Source: Eledone cirrhosa (taxonomy: Eukaryota). From it: a DNA stretch of 64,000 bases. The translations under genes and the position numbers were made by a program. The stretch spans positions 19,468,001 to 19,532,000 of the forward strand of contig OZ024763.1 of the NCBI GenBank assembly GCA_964016885.1, given 5' to 3'. Shown piece after piece: positions 12,150 through 25,503 of the stretch (position 1 is its first letter; every line of letters begins with the position of its first letter). The notes under the pieces were generated by a model. It worked only from the letters and a program-made list of their open reading frames with translations, did no database searches and was not told the DNA's origin.

Positions 12150-12870
12150 ATAATGAGTAGTCTAACAGGAAGAGAGATCTTTGTATGTAGACGTGGCACA
12201 GCAGAAATTGAGTGGAAGAGTGCTAATGTTTCCAGTCACAGGAAGGATCTATAGATATGGTTTGATAGCTTCTGCTATCTAGGGGACCTTATTAGCAACA
12301 GAGGAGGGTGTGCCAAGAGTATAGTGGCTTAAATACAGATAAGATTGAAGTTTAGTGAACTACTCCTACTGTTGATAACATAAGGTTTCTCCCTACACAC
12401 AAAAGGAAGGGTATATGATGCCTGTGTGAAGTGTGCAATACTGCAAGGTAGAGAAACATGGGCTGTGACTTCAGAGGATGTGATTAGACTGGAGAGAAAT
12501 GAAACAACCATGTTTTGTTGGATGTGCAATGTATATGTGAGAGAAAGGCAGAGCTTGGATGAGCTGAGGGAGAAGCTGGGTTTACAGGGAAACCAAGATG
12601 GTGTGTAAGAGACATGACTGTAGTGGTATGGATATGTGATGTATATGGACAATGACCGATGGGTGACGAAATGCCAGCAAATTCCAGTGGAAGGAAGCCG
12701 TGGTAAAGGACGACCAAGAAAGTCACAGGCAAATGTTGAGAGCTGAAATCAAATCACTAAGACTGGAAGTGAAGATGATGAAGGAACACATCTAGTGGAG
12801 AGATGCCATGCTGAGAAGGACCTGTACAACCTATGCAAGCATGAGAAAACAGATGTAATGAGGATGATAC
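12150..12870 (+). mobile_element. Old RTE LINE 3' fragment
   Basis: ETWAVTSEDVIRLERNE; homologous to 5830-6540. Confidence 0.85.
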
Positions 12871-13447
12871 ACAAAATATATGCTATATATATATATATAT
12901 ATATGAATGCTATACACATTGTTCATCAATATATATTAATATTATTATTATTTATTTGGCCAGAATAATTCTATTCTTGTCTTTTAGATGTCATGATCTT
13001 CTATGACATTCCTGAGATCATTAATCTCCAGAGACATTTGATCTATGTAGGTCAATCTCAGTCATCCCACTAGGGTCTTACTATGTTTAGGTATCCACCA
13101 CAGGAGCCAGCTCATCAGGTCATCCTACCTTCAGTAGCAATGTCCAGCATATTTTGTCCTCCATTCCCTAATTATTGTGGTAATCTTCGATATATGGGAG
13201 TATATTTCTTCCGTTTGAGTGAGTAATATATATATATATTTTTAAAAAAACACACATATATATCATCATCGTTTAACGTCCATCTTCCATTTCTAGGATG
13301 TGTTAGACATATATATATATATATACACACACACAAATATATATGTTGAGATGTATAAGAGAAGGATTTCACAAGCTTCACATTTTATCTTCTTTCCAGA
13401 GTGTGTCTGTATATTTGTGTTTCACAATTCAGTAATGGGGTTTATCA

Positions 13448-13612
<165 letters not shown>

Positions 13613-14371
13613 TTATCCAGTGTGTATTCGTTTATGTTTTACAAGATGAGAACCTCGAGAAAAAGATTTCCCACATATTTCACATGAATAAGGTTTTTCT
13701 CCTGTGTGTATTCTTTTGTGACCTACAAGTGTAGAAACTTGAGTAAAAGATTTCCCACATATTTCACATGAAAAAGGTTTTTCTCCCGTGTGTATTCTTT
13801 TGTGATCTATAAGATGAGAATTACGAAGATAAGATTTCCCACATATTCCACATGAATAAGGTTTTTCTCCTGTGTGTGTTGTTGTATGTCCTTTCAAGAC
13901 ACTGCTCCAGGCAAAAGATTTCCCACATATTTCACATGAATAAGGTTTTTCTCCAGTGTGTTTTGTTGTATGTCTTCTCAAGTCACCGTTGCAGGCAAAT
14001 GATTTCCCACATATTTCACAATGGAAGGGTTTTTCACCAGTGTGAGTCCGTATGTGGATGACAAGGTTAGAATTCTGAGCGAAAGATTTTCCACATATTT
14101 CACAATGGAAGGGTTTTTCACCAGTGTGAGTCCGTATGTGGGTGACAAGATTAGAATTACTAGTGAAAGATTTCCCACATATTTCACAGTGGAAGTGTTT
14201 TTCTCCTGCGTGTTTTCTTATATGACTTTTAAAGTCACTGTTGAAGAGAAAAGATTTACCACATATTTCACATTGGAAGGGTTTTTCTCCACTGTGTATT
14301 TTCACATGTGATGATAGTTTCAGTTTTGAAGAGAAAGTTTTCCTGCAAATCTCACAGCTATATTCAGACAT
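13613..14371 (-). CDS. C2H2 zinc-finger array protein, type C (9 fingers; 3'-truncated by nonsense codon)
   Basis: 252-aa ORF. GAA>TAA in the linker at 13613-13615. Two decayed fingers continue to ~13443. Confidence 0.85.
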   Translation of the reverse strand: MSEYSCEICRKTFSSKLKLSSHVKIHSGEKPFQCEICGKSFLFNSDFKSHIRKHAGEKHFHCEICGKSFTSNSNLVTHIRTHTGEKPFHCEICGKSFAQNSNLVIHIRTHTGEKPFHCEICGKSFACNGDLRRHTTKHTGEKPYSCEICGKSFAWSSVLKGHTTTHTGEKPYSCGICGKSYLRNSHLIDHKRIHTGEKPFSCEICGKSFTQVSTLVGHKRIHTGEKPYSCEICGKSFSRGSHLVKHKRIHTG

Positions 14372-15286
14372 ATTTCTAGCTAGTGATCTTTACATAAAGG
14401 ATTCTCACAACTTTTACTCATATATTAATATATGTAGATGTCGTTAAAAGATGATTTGTATTCTAAAATACAGTGTCTATAAAAGACTGCAGAACTCGGC
14501 TTTCTTCTTCTACAAAGTTGTAGTGTAGTACTCAGTTGGTACAAGAAATAAGATATGACAGCGTAAGACTCATTTCCACGAAGAAAGTTGAAGAGTATAT
14601 TATATATATATATATATATACTTATAATTCAAATTACAAGATATATGCATACATCTTTTACATGTGCGAGAGAGAGATAAATAGACGTGTGCGTGTGTAG
14701 AAATGTGTGTACGTGTTGTTATAAATCAATATATTTCACTTCAGATAGTAGAAGAGTTCACAATGTTTGTGCTGTGATGGAAAATGAAATAATACGTACT
14801 TCAGTTTTCAAGATCAAATATAAAGTCAAAAAATTTAGTAAAAACTAATTGTTCACTGATTTCTGATTAAAAATACATTTTCCTGTCCTGTAATTAGTTG
14901 TTTGTGATGAAATGAAATATTTAATAATACAAGTGATAAAACAACAATTATAAGGTCACCTTATATTATTTACAACCATTAACGTTCACCTGAATATGAA
15001 ATAATCACCATAAAAGATAAAATTCGATGAGGTTGTAACAATGGAGCCGATGCAGATAATAATTTTCTATTGGTTACTTGAAGACGGTGTCTTGAATTAA
15101 AAGTCCCTTACATAATTTAATACATTCAGAAACACCGTAAGTCATATTAAGATAGATATGCTAGTTCTTTATTCAGATTTGTATAAATAATATTAATTTT
15201 ACCTAACTGTTCATATTAAAACAAAACACATTATTAAAAGTAATAAAATATTTAAGAAATGGAAATGTAGATAAGAATATATATAT

Positions 15287-15332
15287 GGTGCCCCAGCATG
15301 GCCTCAGCCGGATGGCTGAAGCAGGTAAAAGA

Positions 15333-15334
<2 letters not shown>
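15287..15334 (+). mobile_element. Isolated 3' terminus of the CR1-group LINE (or of its partner SINE)
   Basis: GGTGCCCCAGCATGGCCTCAGCCGGATGGCTGAAGCAGGTAAAAGAGT matches the LINE end near 46486-46533 with one mismatch; sits in (TA)n. Confidence 0.85.
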
Positions 15335-15381
<47 letters not shown>

Positions 15382-15474
15382 GTTATTCCGGGTTGAATCG
15401 GAGGTAACCATACTAAGTAAGGTACTCAATACATTGCAGAGTATAAAAGTTTTAATATAGATGAGATTCTACAG

Positions 15475-15513
15475 GACTAGAACTGTTTCATTCTTTAGAA
15501 ATCATCAGGAATC
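15475..15513 (-). ncRNA. Degenerate minimal hammerhead motif in a PLE-like segment (15378-15930)
   Basis: Minus strand reads gattc CTGATGA tttctaaagaat GAAA cagt TC tagtc. Core intact, stems weak. Confidence 0.5.
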
Positions 15514-16107
15514 TGGGTATCAAAAAATAAGTATGGTATTTATAGGTCTCTACAAGTGGTAGGAGAGGGTGGGGAGTGGGATGGGTGTAGGTCATTGGTT
15601 GATAGAAAAGGGAATTCATTAAAAGCTAATTCTACAAAGCTATAGTTTATTTTTATTTTTAGAGTAACAAAGGCAGACAGAATTCTATAAACAGGTTCAG
15701 TATGGCATGCCACTCCTTGTTATTAAGTTTCTCTTAAGCTAACAGGTGTCTATAAGATCAGTGGGGGGGTCAGTCATGGTAGATAGATTTAAGGGAAGGG
15801 AGATTCTTTAAAAGCTAAATTCATTAAGGTTCTACTAAGTGACAAAGGTTTAGAGAATTCTGTAGACAAATTCAAAATATTGAGTGCATATCTTCAAATT
15901 TCTCTTAAACTATTCAACTATATGCCAAAAATCAACAGACACATTCACAAAACACACTCACTGACACACTCGCGCGCAACCATAAACACACATACACATA
16001 CACATATACACACATAAAAACAGACACACACATATAAATATATTTATATATATATATACACATATATACATATTCACACACACACACATACATACACACA
16101 TATATAC

Positions 16108-16152
<45 letters not shown>

Positions 16153-16333
16153 TATATATATACATACATATACACACACACATACATACATATATATATA
16201 CACACACATATACATATATATAAGGAAAAATTGAACGGGAACAAAACAACATATATATATACACACACATATACACCATACATACATATATTTATATATA
16301 TATATATAGAGAGATACACCATTCATACATATA

Positions 16334-16405
<72 letters not shown>

Positions 16406-16436
16406 CATACACATACACGTACAAATACACATATAC

Positions 16437-16474
<38 letters not shown>

Positions 16475-16628
16475 ATATAAATATATACGTATATATATAT
16501 ATACACATATATATATATACATACATACACATACATATACACACACATATACACACACATACATATATATAAATATATATATATACACACACATACACAC
16601 ACATACATATATAAATACATACATACAT

Positions 16629-16967
16629 GGAGGCACATGGCTTAGTGGTTAGAGCATTGGCCTTGCAATCGAAAGGTTGTGAATCCAATTCTCAGACCGG
16701 GTGATGTGTTGTTTCCTTGAGCAAGACACTTTATTTCACATTGCTCCAGTTTACTCAGCTGTAGAAATGAGATGATAGGGACTGGGGTCCATATCATTCC
16801 ACTGCAAAGTGGTCGTGGAGGTGCCACGGCAAAAAAGCACCCAGCACTCACTGTAAATGAGGTTGGTGTTAGGAAGGGCATCCAGCTGTAGAAATCAAGC
16901 CAAAATCAGTTCCCGTCCCACCCTTGCAAGCAGGGAAAAAGCGGACGTAAAATGAAATGAAATGATG
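16629..16967 (+). mobile_element. Composite SINE: tRNA head, RTE-UTR-like body, RTE 3' tail
   Basis: A box TGGCTTAGTGG and B-box-like GAATCCAATT, TCCTTGAGCAAGACACTTT core, AGGAAGGGCATCCAGCTGTAGAAA block, and a 3' end matching the tail at 21770-21825. Confidence 0.7.
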
Positions 16968-17014
16968 ATACACAAACATATACACATATACACATATACA
17001 CATACATATATACA

Positions 17015-17064
<50 letters not shown>

Positions 17065-17197
17065 TATATACACATATATACACATACACACATATATACA
17101 CATGTATATATATATATATATATATATACAGACATATACACATATATACGCATATATACATACATATATACACACATATATACATATATATACCCAT

Positions 17198-17228
<31 letters not shown>

Positions 17229-17329
17229 CACACTCACACACATATATATATATATATATACACATGCACACACACACATATATATACACACACACACACA
17301 TATATACATATATATACATATATATATAC

Positions 17330-17380
<51 letters not shown>

Positions 17381-17404
17381 CATACATATATCCATATACA
17401 TACA

Positions 17405-17494
<90 letters not shown>

Positions 17495-17500
17495 CATACA

Positions 17501-17542
<42 letters not shown>

Positions 17543-17548
17543 CATACA

Positions 17549-17600
<52 letters not shown>

Positions 17601-17769
17601 TACATACACACATATATACATACATACATATACATACATATACACACACACCTATACACACGTACATACACACACATACATATATATACATAAATAAACA
17701 CATATACACATATATATACATACATATACACACATACACACAAATATATACACATACAAATAAATAAGT

Positions 17770-18245
17770 ACTCAATAAATATACGCATATACGCAGGCAC
17801 ATAAAAACACCTCTACAGGCAGAAAAAGTAGATACAAAAGAGGTACTCACATGACCATAGTGGCCGTATTACAGGTTGAGGAGGGGTGGGGGTAGGGTGC
17901 GAAGGAGGTATAGGGGCCAATAGGGGGAGGTCGTTTTTAGCCATCGGGCTTTAACACTGGCTTAAAGTGTTTGAAAGTTGCAAAGTTCTTGTGCATGCAG
18001 TTCGGGCAGTGTTCAGAGAGTCTGTTCAGTAGCGGGCCCTTGGTGAATAAAATTTTGTAGCTCTCTGAAATACAAAGGTCGCAGCCCTTGTGTCCTCCGT
18101 TGTAAGAGCGCGCTTTCTGGAGTATTTTCCAATTAAGCGTGAAGGGGGTGGAGTTCCTTTTGAGGTCCCAAATGTAGGAGGCGAGTGTTGTCTGGTTTGA
18201 TTTGTCCGGTCTTCTGAATCTAATTTGACTAGGGCCAACTTCTTA
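17770..18245 (-). mobile_element. Penelope-like element 3' fragment (GIY-YIG C-terminus)
   Basis: A frame not listed in the ORF track translates [78 protein letters not shown], the typical PLE T.L..YIW.LK / W.IL / CxLC..E / LN.....C.H pattern. Confidence 0.85.
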
Positions 18246-18253
18246 GATGTATG

Positions 18254-18316
<63 letters not shown>

Positions 18317-18319
18317 ATG

Positions 18320-18364
<45 letters not shown>

Positions 18365-18367
18365 ATG

Positions 18368-18506
<139 letters not shown>

Positions 18507-18553
18507 GTATGTATGTATGTATGTATATATATATATATATATGTATATGTATG

Positions 18554-18606
<53 letters not shown>

Positions 18607-18607
18607 G

Positions 18608-18724
<117 letters not shown>

Positions 18725-18749
18725 GTATGTATATATATATATATATATG

Positions 18750-19048
<299 letters not shown>

Positions 19049-19059
19049 GTATGTATATA

Positions 19060-19378
19060 GCACCCTCCCCCACTGCTGATTTTATCGCCCAGGTAACGGA
19101 AGCTGTCCACTATTTCTATAGAACACTCTGCGCAATTGAATGAGCTAGTATTTTGTGGGCACTTGCTGCTACTTATTACACCAGAACACCGGCCACATGT
19201 AAAATCTATGTTCTTAGTTAGCTTACCTGTGATCCCACTACATCTTTTATGCACCCATACTTTGCATTTAGGACATAAAATGGAGTTTCTACCTACGCCT
19301 TTCCTACACACCGAGCACGACCAATTCCCAGAAGGGACTGCCGCCTTGTTTTCTTTCCTACAAACTAGAACTTTAGTA
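19060..19378 (-). mobile_element. Internal RTE fragment comprising the PHD finger
   Basis: [46 protein letters not shown], open frame, bounded by (TA)n on both sides. Confidence 0.9.
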
Positions 19379-19399
19379 TATACATATATATATATATAT

Positions 19400-19552
<153 letters not shown>

Positions 19553-19663
19553 TATATATATATACACATATATATATATATATATACACATATATATATA
19601 TACACACATATATATATATATATATACACATATATATATATACACATACACATATATATATAT

Positions 19664-19718
<55 letters not shown>

Positions 19719-20039
19719 TATATACACATATATATATATATACACACATATATATATATACACATATATATACACATATATATATATATATACACATATA
19801 TATACACATATATATATATATATACACATATATATATATATATACACATATATATATATATATACACATATATATATATACACATATATATATATATATA
19901 TATACACATATATATATATATATATACACATATATATATATATATACACATATATATATATACACATATATATATATACACATATATATATACACACATA
20001 TATATATACACATATATATATATATATACACACATATAG

Positions 20040-20094
<55 letters not shown>

Positions 20095-20143
20095 CACACA
20101 CATATATATATATATACACACATATATATATATATACACACAC

Positions 20144-20199
<56 letters not shown>

Positions 20200-20203
<4 letters not shown>

Positions 20204-21825
20204 TGTCCGGGATGATGCCGGTGTACTTAGTGTCACGAATGACCAGAAAAAGGAGGCCTGGAAATGTCATTATGAGAGACTGATGAATGTGGAGAACGAA
20301 TGGGAGAGAGAGAGAAATTACCCTTGGTAGATCCGACAGAGGGACCAGCTATTGAGATTGACGAATATAGGGTCCAAGAGGCGATTAGGGAAATGAAAAA
20401 TTGTAAGGCGGCCGGACCATCGGGAATAGTTGCTGAGATGCTGAAGGCATCAGGGGACGTAGGCACTAAACTGGTTGCACGCATAATCAATCAGGCTATA
20501 TATGGTGGTGTCATACCCAAAGACTGGTGCAGCAGTATTCTCATAAATTGCTACAAAAGTAAAGGGGATGCTTTGGAGAGGAGCAATTATAGGGGTATAA
20601 AACTGATAGATCAGGTTATGAAAGTGGCAGAAAGGATTTTAGCACAACTAATTAGAGAAAGGGTCAAACTAGATGAGATGCAGTTTGGTTTTGTGCCTGG
20701 GAAGAGTACAACAGATGCCTTCTTCTTGGTGAGACAAATGTAAGAGAGGTTCTTAGAGAAGAATAAGCCACTATACTTAGCCTTTGTTGACCTAGAGAAG
20801 GCCTTTGATAGGGTACCCCGATCTGTCATCTGGTGGTCCCTAAGGAAGCTAGGTGTTGAGGAATGGCTTGTGAGGACAGTGCAAACTTTGTACAGAGGTA
20901 CTCTCAGTAAAGTCAGGGTAGGAATGGAGTTTAGTGAGGAATTCCAGATACAAGTAGGAATACATCAGGGTTCGGTCCTCAGCCCGCTCTTGTTCATTAT
21001 AGTCCTCCAAGCCATAACAGAGGAGTTTAAGACTGGCTGTCCATGAGAACTTCTCTATGCTGACGATCTGGCTCTTATAGCAGAATCAGTAGAGGAGCTA
21101 GAGAATAAATTCCGGCTATGGAAACAGCAGTTGGAAGCAAGAGGAGTGAGAGTAAATGCAGTAGATGTACAGGGAAATTAGACAGTAGAAGTCGCACTGA
21201 TAGACACATTTTTCAAATGCGAGAGGGCGCTATAGAAGTGGTGGATAGCTTCTGGTACCTAGGAGATCAGATTAGCATGGGAGGAGGGTGTTCCGAGGCC
21301 ATAGTATCTAGAATAAGGACGGGTTGGAAGAAGTTTAGGGAGCTGCTTCCTCTGTTGACGAAGAAGGGTTTCTCCCTGCGTACGAAAGGCCGGTTGTATG
21401 ATGCCTGTGTGAGGAGCGCGATGCTGCATGGTAGTGAGACATGGGCAGCAACCGCAGAGGATATGCGACGGCTGGAGAGAAATGAGGCAAGCATGCTCCG
21501 TTGGATGTGCAGTGTAAATGTGCGTGAACGACCCAGCATAAATGTGTTGAGAGAGAAACTGTGTCAGAGAGGGATAGAATGTAGTGTACGGGAGAGGAGA
21601 CTGAGGTGGTATGGACATGTGATGCGCATGGAGGATGACCGATGGGTGAAGAAGTGCCAGTTGAAGGAAGACGTGGTAGAGGTAGACCACGAAAAACATG
21701 GGCGGAGGTGGTGAGAACAGACCTCAGATCATTGAAGCTCACGGTGGAGAGATGCTGTGCTGAATAAGACCCGTCCCACCCTTGCAAGCAGGGAAAAGCG
21801 GACGTAAAATGATGATGATGATGAT
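20200..21825 (+). mobile_element. RTE LINE, second subfamily, 5'-truncated, short 3' UTR
   Basis: KAAGPSGIVAEMLK, NYRGIKL, QFGF, LYADD (~21055-21068), HGSETW and a (TGA)n tail. Stops at ~20741 and ~21045. PHD region internally deleted near 21155. Confidence 0.92.
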
Positions 21826-21845
21826 ACACACATATATATATATAT

Positions 21846-22182
<337 letters not shown>

Positions 22183-22206
22183 TATATATATATATATATA
22201 CACATA

Positions 22207-22792
22207 TGGTGGCTGCCAACTCGTTTTCGAGTACGGCCACTACTTTATATCCATGTAGGAGAACCCCTACCGATGCGCTGAACGAGTGTGACTTTTTAGT
22301 CCAGCCAGCGACTTGAAAACTCTGGTACAAACACTACACTTGTGACAATTACTGACACATAGTGCTGGGCCCATGGTACCATGTGACGACAAGTGCAGAG
22401 AGATCTCCAGATATAAAGCAATGCCTGTGCCGTGAAGCTTTTATAGTGAGCAAAGGCACTGCACAAAGCCAGTCCCACTCTCTTAACCAAGATGATATTT
22501 ACCAAAAAGAAGAACAAGTCAACATCATTGGATACCATCAGGGTTGCAGGTGTTATATCAGAGTTTTCCTTCTCCTAGAATTCTGCCTTGACAAAGGCTA
22601 AGGGGTCATCTCTCCCGGTGATTTTGGATGGCCATTGACTCTTAAGAGCTCCTTTGCCCTTTGACAGGTTTTGTTTTTAGTCCTGCAGGATGTCCAAAGT
22701 CACCCTCCTCACCAAGAAACCTTGGTGGGGTTGCCAGTTTAGTCGCCAACGACCCGACCATGGGACAGGTTGTACTGGGATACATGTTACCA
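22207..22792 (-). mobile_element. Non-autonomous element with RTE 5'-UTR-like sequence
   Basis: Minus strand has TCTAGGAGAAGGAAAACTCTGA and GGCGACTAAACTGGCAACC, motifs I recall from RTE 5' UTRs. No coding potential; lies between (TA)n arrays. Confidence 0.5.
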
Positions 22793-22962
22793 TATACACA
22801 TATATATATATATATACACACATATATATATATATATATACACATACATATGTATATATATATTTATAATTTCTATACATATATATATATATATATATAT
22901 TTTGTTTCTGAATTTGTTTAGCAAGATTCTTTATCTGAAAACGTGTGTTGAAACCGATATTG

Positions 22963-23422
22963 TTATGCTTTGGGAGGGTCATGTTGCCAATAAGAAACAC
23001 ACGCACCAGTTGCTTTTACTTCAATTTATTATAAATTAAATTTATCAATTTCCGGTTGATTGGTTGGTTCCATAACCGGATGGTTGTTCATATATTGTCA
23101 AAGTTCTTTCGTCACACATTCTGTGACCTCATCAGTGACTGGGGATTCTTTTCTTTGTTTTGTGTGTGTTGACAACACACACAAAAACAAGATGGCGTAG
23201 GACAGAACAAAGGAAAGGCACAAAAACAAAGAAAAAGAATCCCCAGTCACTGATGAAGTCACAGAACGTGTGACGAAAGAACTTTGACAATATATGAACA
23301 ACCGTCCGGTTATGGAACCAACCAACCAACTGGAAATTTATAAATTTAATTTATAATAAATTGGAGTGAAAGCAACTAGTGCATGTGTTTCTTATTGGCA
23401 ACATGACCCTCACAAAGCATAA
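22963..23422. mobile_element. Palindromic PLE-derived element with two divergent hammerhead motifs (paralog 47953-48412)
   Basis: ~200-bp inverted arms (22963-23164 / 23219-23422). Hammerheads at 23097-23139 (-) and 23246-23288 (+). Confidence 0.75.
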
Positions 23423-23743
23423 TATATATATATATATATATGTTCATAATTTCTATACATATATATATATATATATTTATGATTTCTATACATATATATA
23501 TATATATAGAAATTATAAATATATATATATATATATGTATAGAAATTATGAACATATATATATATATATATTCATAATTTCTATACATATATATATATAT
23601 TTCTAATTTCTATATATATATATATATATATTTATAATTTCTATACATACTTATATATATTTATATTCATAATTTGTATATATATATATATATATATTTA
23701 TATTCATAATTTGTATATATATATATTTATATTCATAATTTCT

Positions 23744-23783
<40 letters not shown>

Positions 23784-23890
23784 TGATAATTTCTATACAT
23801 ATATATATATATATTTATATTGATAATTTCTATACATATATATATATATTTATATTGATAATTTCTATACATATATATATATATTTATGA
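23420..23890. repeat. (TA)n-TTATAATTTCTATAC compound minisatellite (also ~43620-43745, 46545-47075, 48410-48715)
   Basis: Repeated ATAATTTCTATACA core separated by variable (TA)n. Confidence 0.9.
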
Positions 23891-23894
23891 TTTG

Positions 23895-24041
23895 ACGCTT
23901 TGACGCATAGAGTTACGGCCCTTGCAATTATGAGTTCAAATCCCGCCGAGATTAACTTTGGCTTTCATCCTTACGGGGTCGATAAAATAAAGTACCAGTA
24001 ATGTACTGAGTAATTGCTGGCCTTGTGCCAAAAGTAGAAAC

Positions 24042-24046
<5 letters not shown>
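23895..24046 (+). mobile_element. tRNA-derived SINE, 5'-truncated (paralog ~48725-48846)
   Basis: B box GAGTTCAAATCC, same core and AAAGTAGAAACAATT tail as 32709-32888. Confidence 0.85.
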
Positions 24047-24134
<88 letters not shown>

Positions 24135-24138
<4 letters not shown>

Positions 24139-24830
24139 TAAGTATGTATACGTACATACATATATGTATACAGACATACAGTAGGATGTATATATATATA
24201 TACATACATACACACATCTATATATGTACGTATGGATTCACCGAACATTTATTATAATGCTCGGTGTGTTTGTAAACAAACATCCCGTATTAAGCCGTAG
24301 TGTCCAGCAATCATCGTTGCTCGTTTGTTCAACAATGACAAAGGAACGCTGTATGAGTTTCAAGCTTATTAGCTATCGTCAGCAACGTATACCCTCCTGC
24401 CAGATTGTTGAACGTATATACTTACCTTATGCATATTAACGGCTGAGTAGCCCAATTTGCATATCGAGTGGGTTAATCGGCCGGGTGCACCGGAAATCAT
24501 AAACGGAAAAAATGAAACGAAATTTCATTTCCCACTCTTAGTACGGCTGTTACTTAAATATAAGTATGTACACGTACATACATATATGTATACAGACATA
24601 CAGTAGGATGTATATATATATATACATACATGCACACATATATATATATGTACGTATGGATTCACCGAACATTTATTATAATGCTCGGTGTATTTGTAAA
24701 CAAACATCCCGTATTAAGCCGTAGTGTCCAGCAACCATCGTTGCTCGTTTGTACGCTGTACTAGTTTCAATATTCGGTGAATCCATACGTACATATATAT
24801 ATGTGTGCATGTATGTATGTATATATATAT
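24135..24830 (-). mobile_element. Hammerhead-containing repeat: one full ~420-bp unit, a partial unit and an inverted piece
   Basis: Hammerhead at 24347-24387 (-). The second unit breaks inside the hammerhead at ~24770 and continues as the reverse complement of the unit start. Confidence 0.75.
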
Positions 24831-24849
24831 ATATATATACATATGCTTC

Positions 24850-25290
24850 AGCTAGTGCGCGTGGGAAGTTGGGTCTTCTGTATTACTGCACATCGCCAGA
24901 GATCGCGGTCATGTGTCATCTCTTCTGAGAGGTGCAATTCGGCAAGGTTGGCTTTTACCACCTCATCCCAGATCTTCCTGGGTCACCCAACTCCAAGGCT
25001 TCCAATGACTGAGCGCTCCGCCCTTTTTTATGCAGCTGTCATCCTTCATACACAACACAAGTCCATAGCAATGCAATCATCTCTCCTGCATACAGCATTT
25101 GAGTCCTCTTATGCCTAGTTTCTCTTTCAGTTCATTATGCTTCAGCGTTCTCGCATATTACTATTACACATCAATTGGAGCATGCAGGTTTCATTTCTTT
25201 CCAATCTACAGAAGTCTTAATTACACCGCTGCTAATTCGGTCACCCAAGTAGTAGGAGCTATCTACTGTTTCTACAGAGCCCTCTGAGAA
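24850..25290 (-). mobile_element. Old RTE LINE 3' coding fragment
   Basis: Reverse complement resembles GIRGLKCCMQERRL..., G.PRKIWDEVVKANLAELHL..MTHDRDLWRCAVIQKT. Confidence 0.8.
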
Positions 25291-25497
25291 AAGTTAGGAA
25301 GAACTAAATGTTCACTGATTTCTGACTAAAATAATATTTTCCTGTCCTGTAAAATGTTGAACAACCCACTTCACGATGTTGGGTGTTGTTTGTGATGAAA
25401 TGAAATATTTATTAATAACATCAACTATAAGGTAAATAAGTCACCTTATGTTATTTACAAACATTAACGTCCACCTTAATATGAAATAATCACCATT
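25290..25497 (-). other. Orphan copy of the ZNF upstream (5' non-coding) region
   Basis: Aligns to 1185-1400 and 9610-9822, but no zinc-finger CDS lies downstream. Confidence 0.8.
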
Positions 25498-25503
25498 AAT
25501 AAG

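Noticed and set aside
16629-16705. tRNA gene
   Set aside because: A/B boxes are present, but no complete cloverleaf can be drawn and it continues into a SINE body.
22730-22792. Possible HDV-like ribozyme at an RTE-5'-like end (minus strand; CCAGT/ACTGG, CTAA)
   Set aside because: P2, P4 and J4/2-like parts can be drawn, but P1 and P3/L3 do not fit. It needs a descriptor search on the family consensus.
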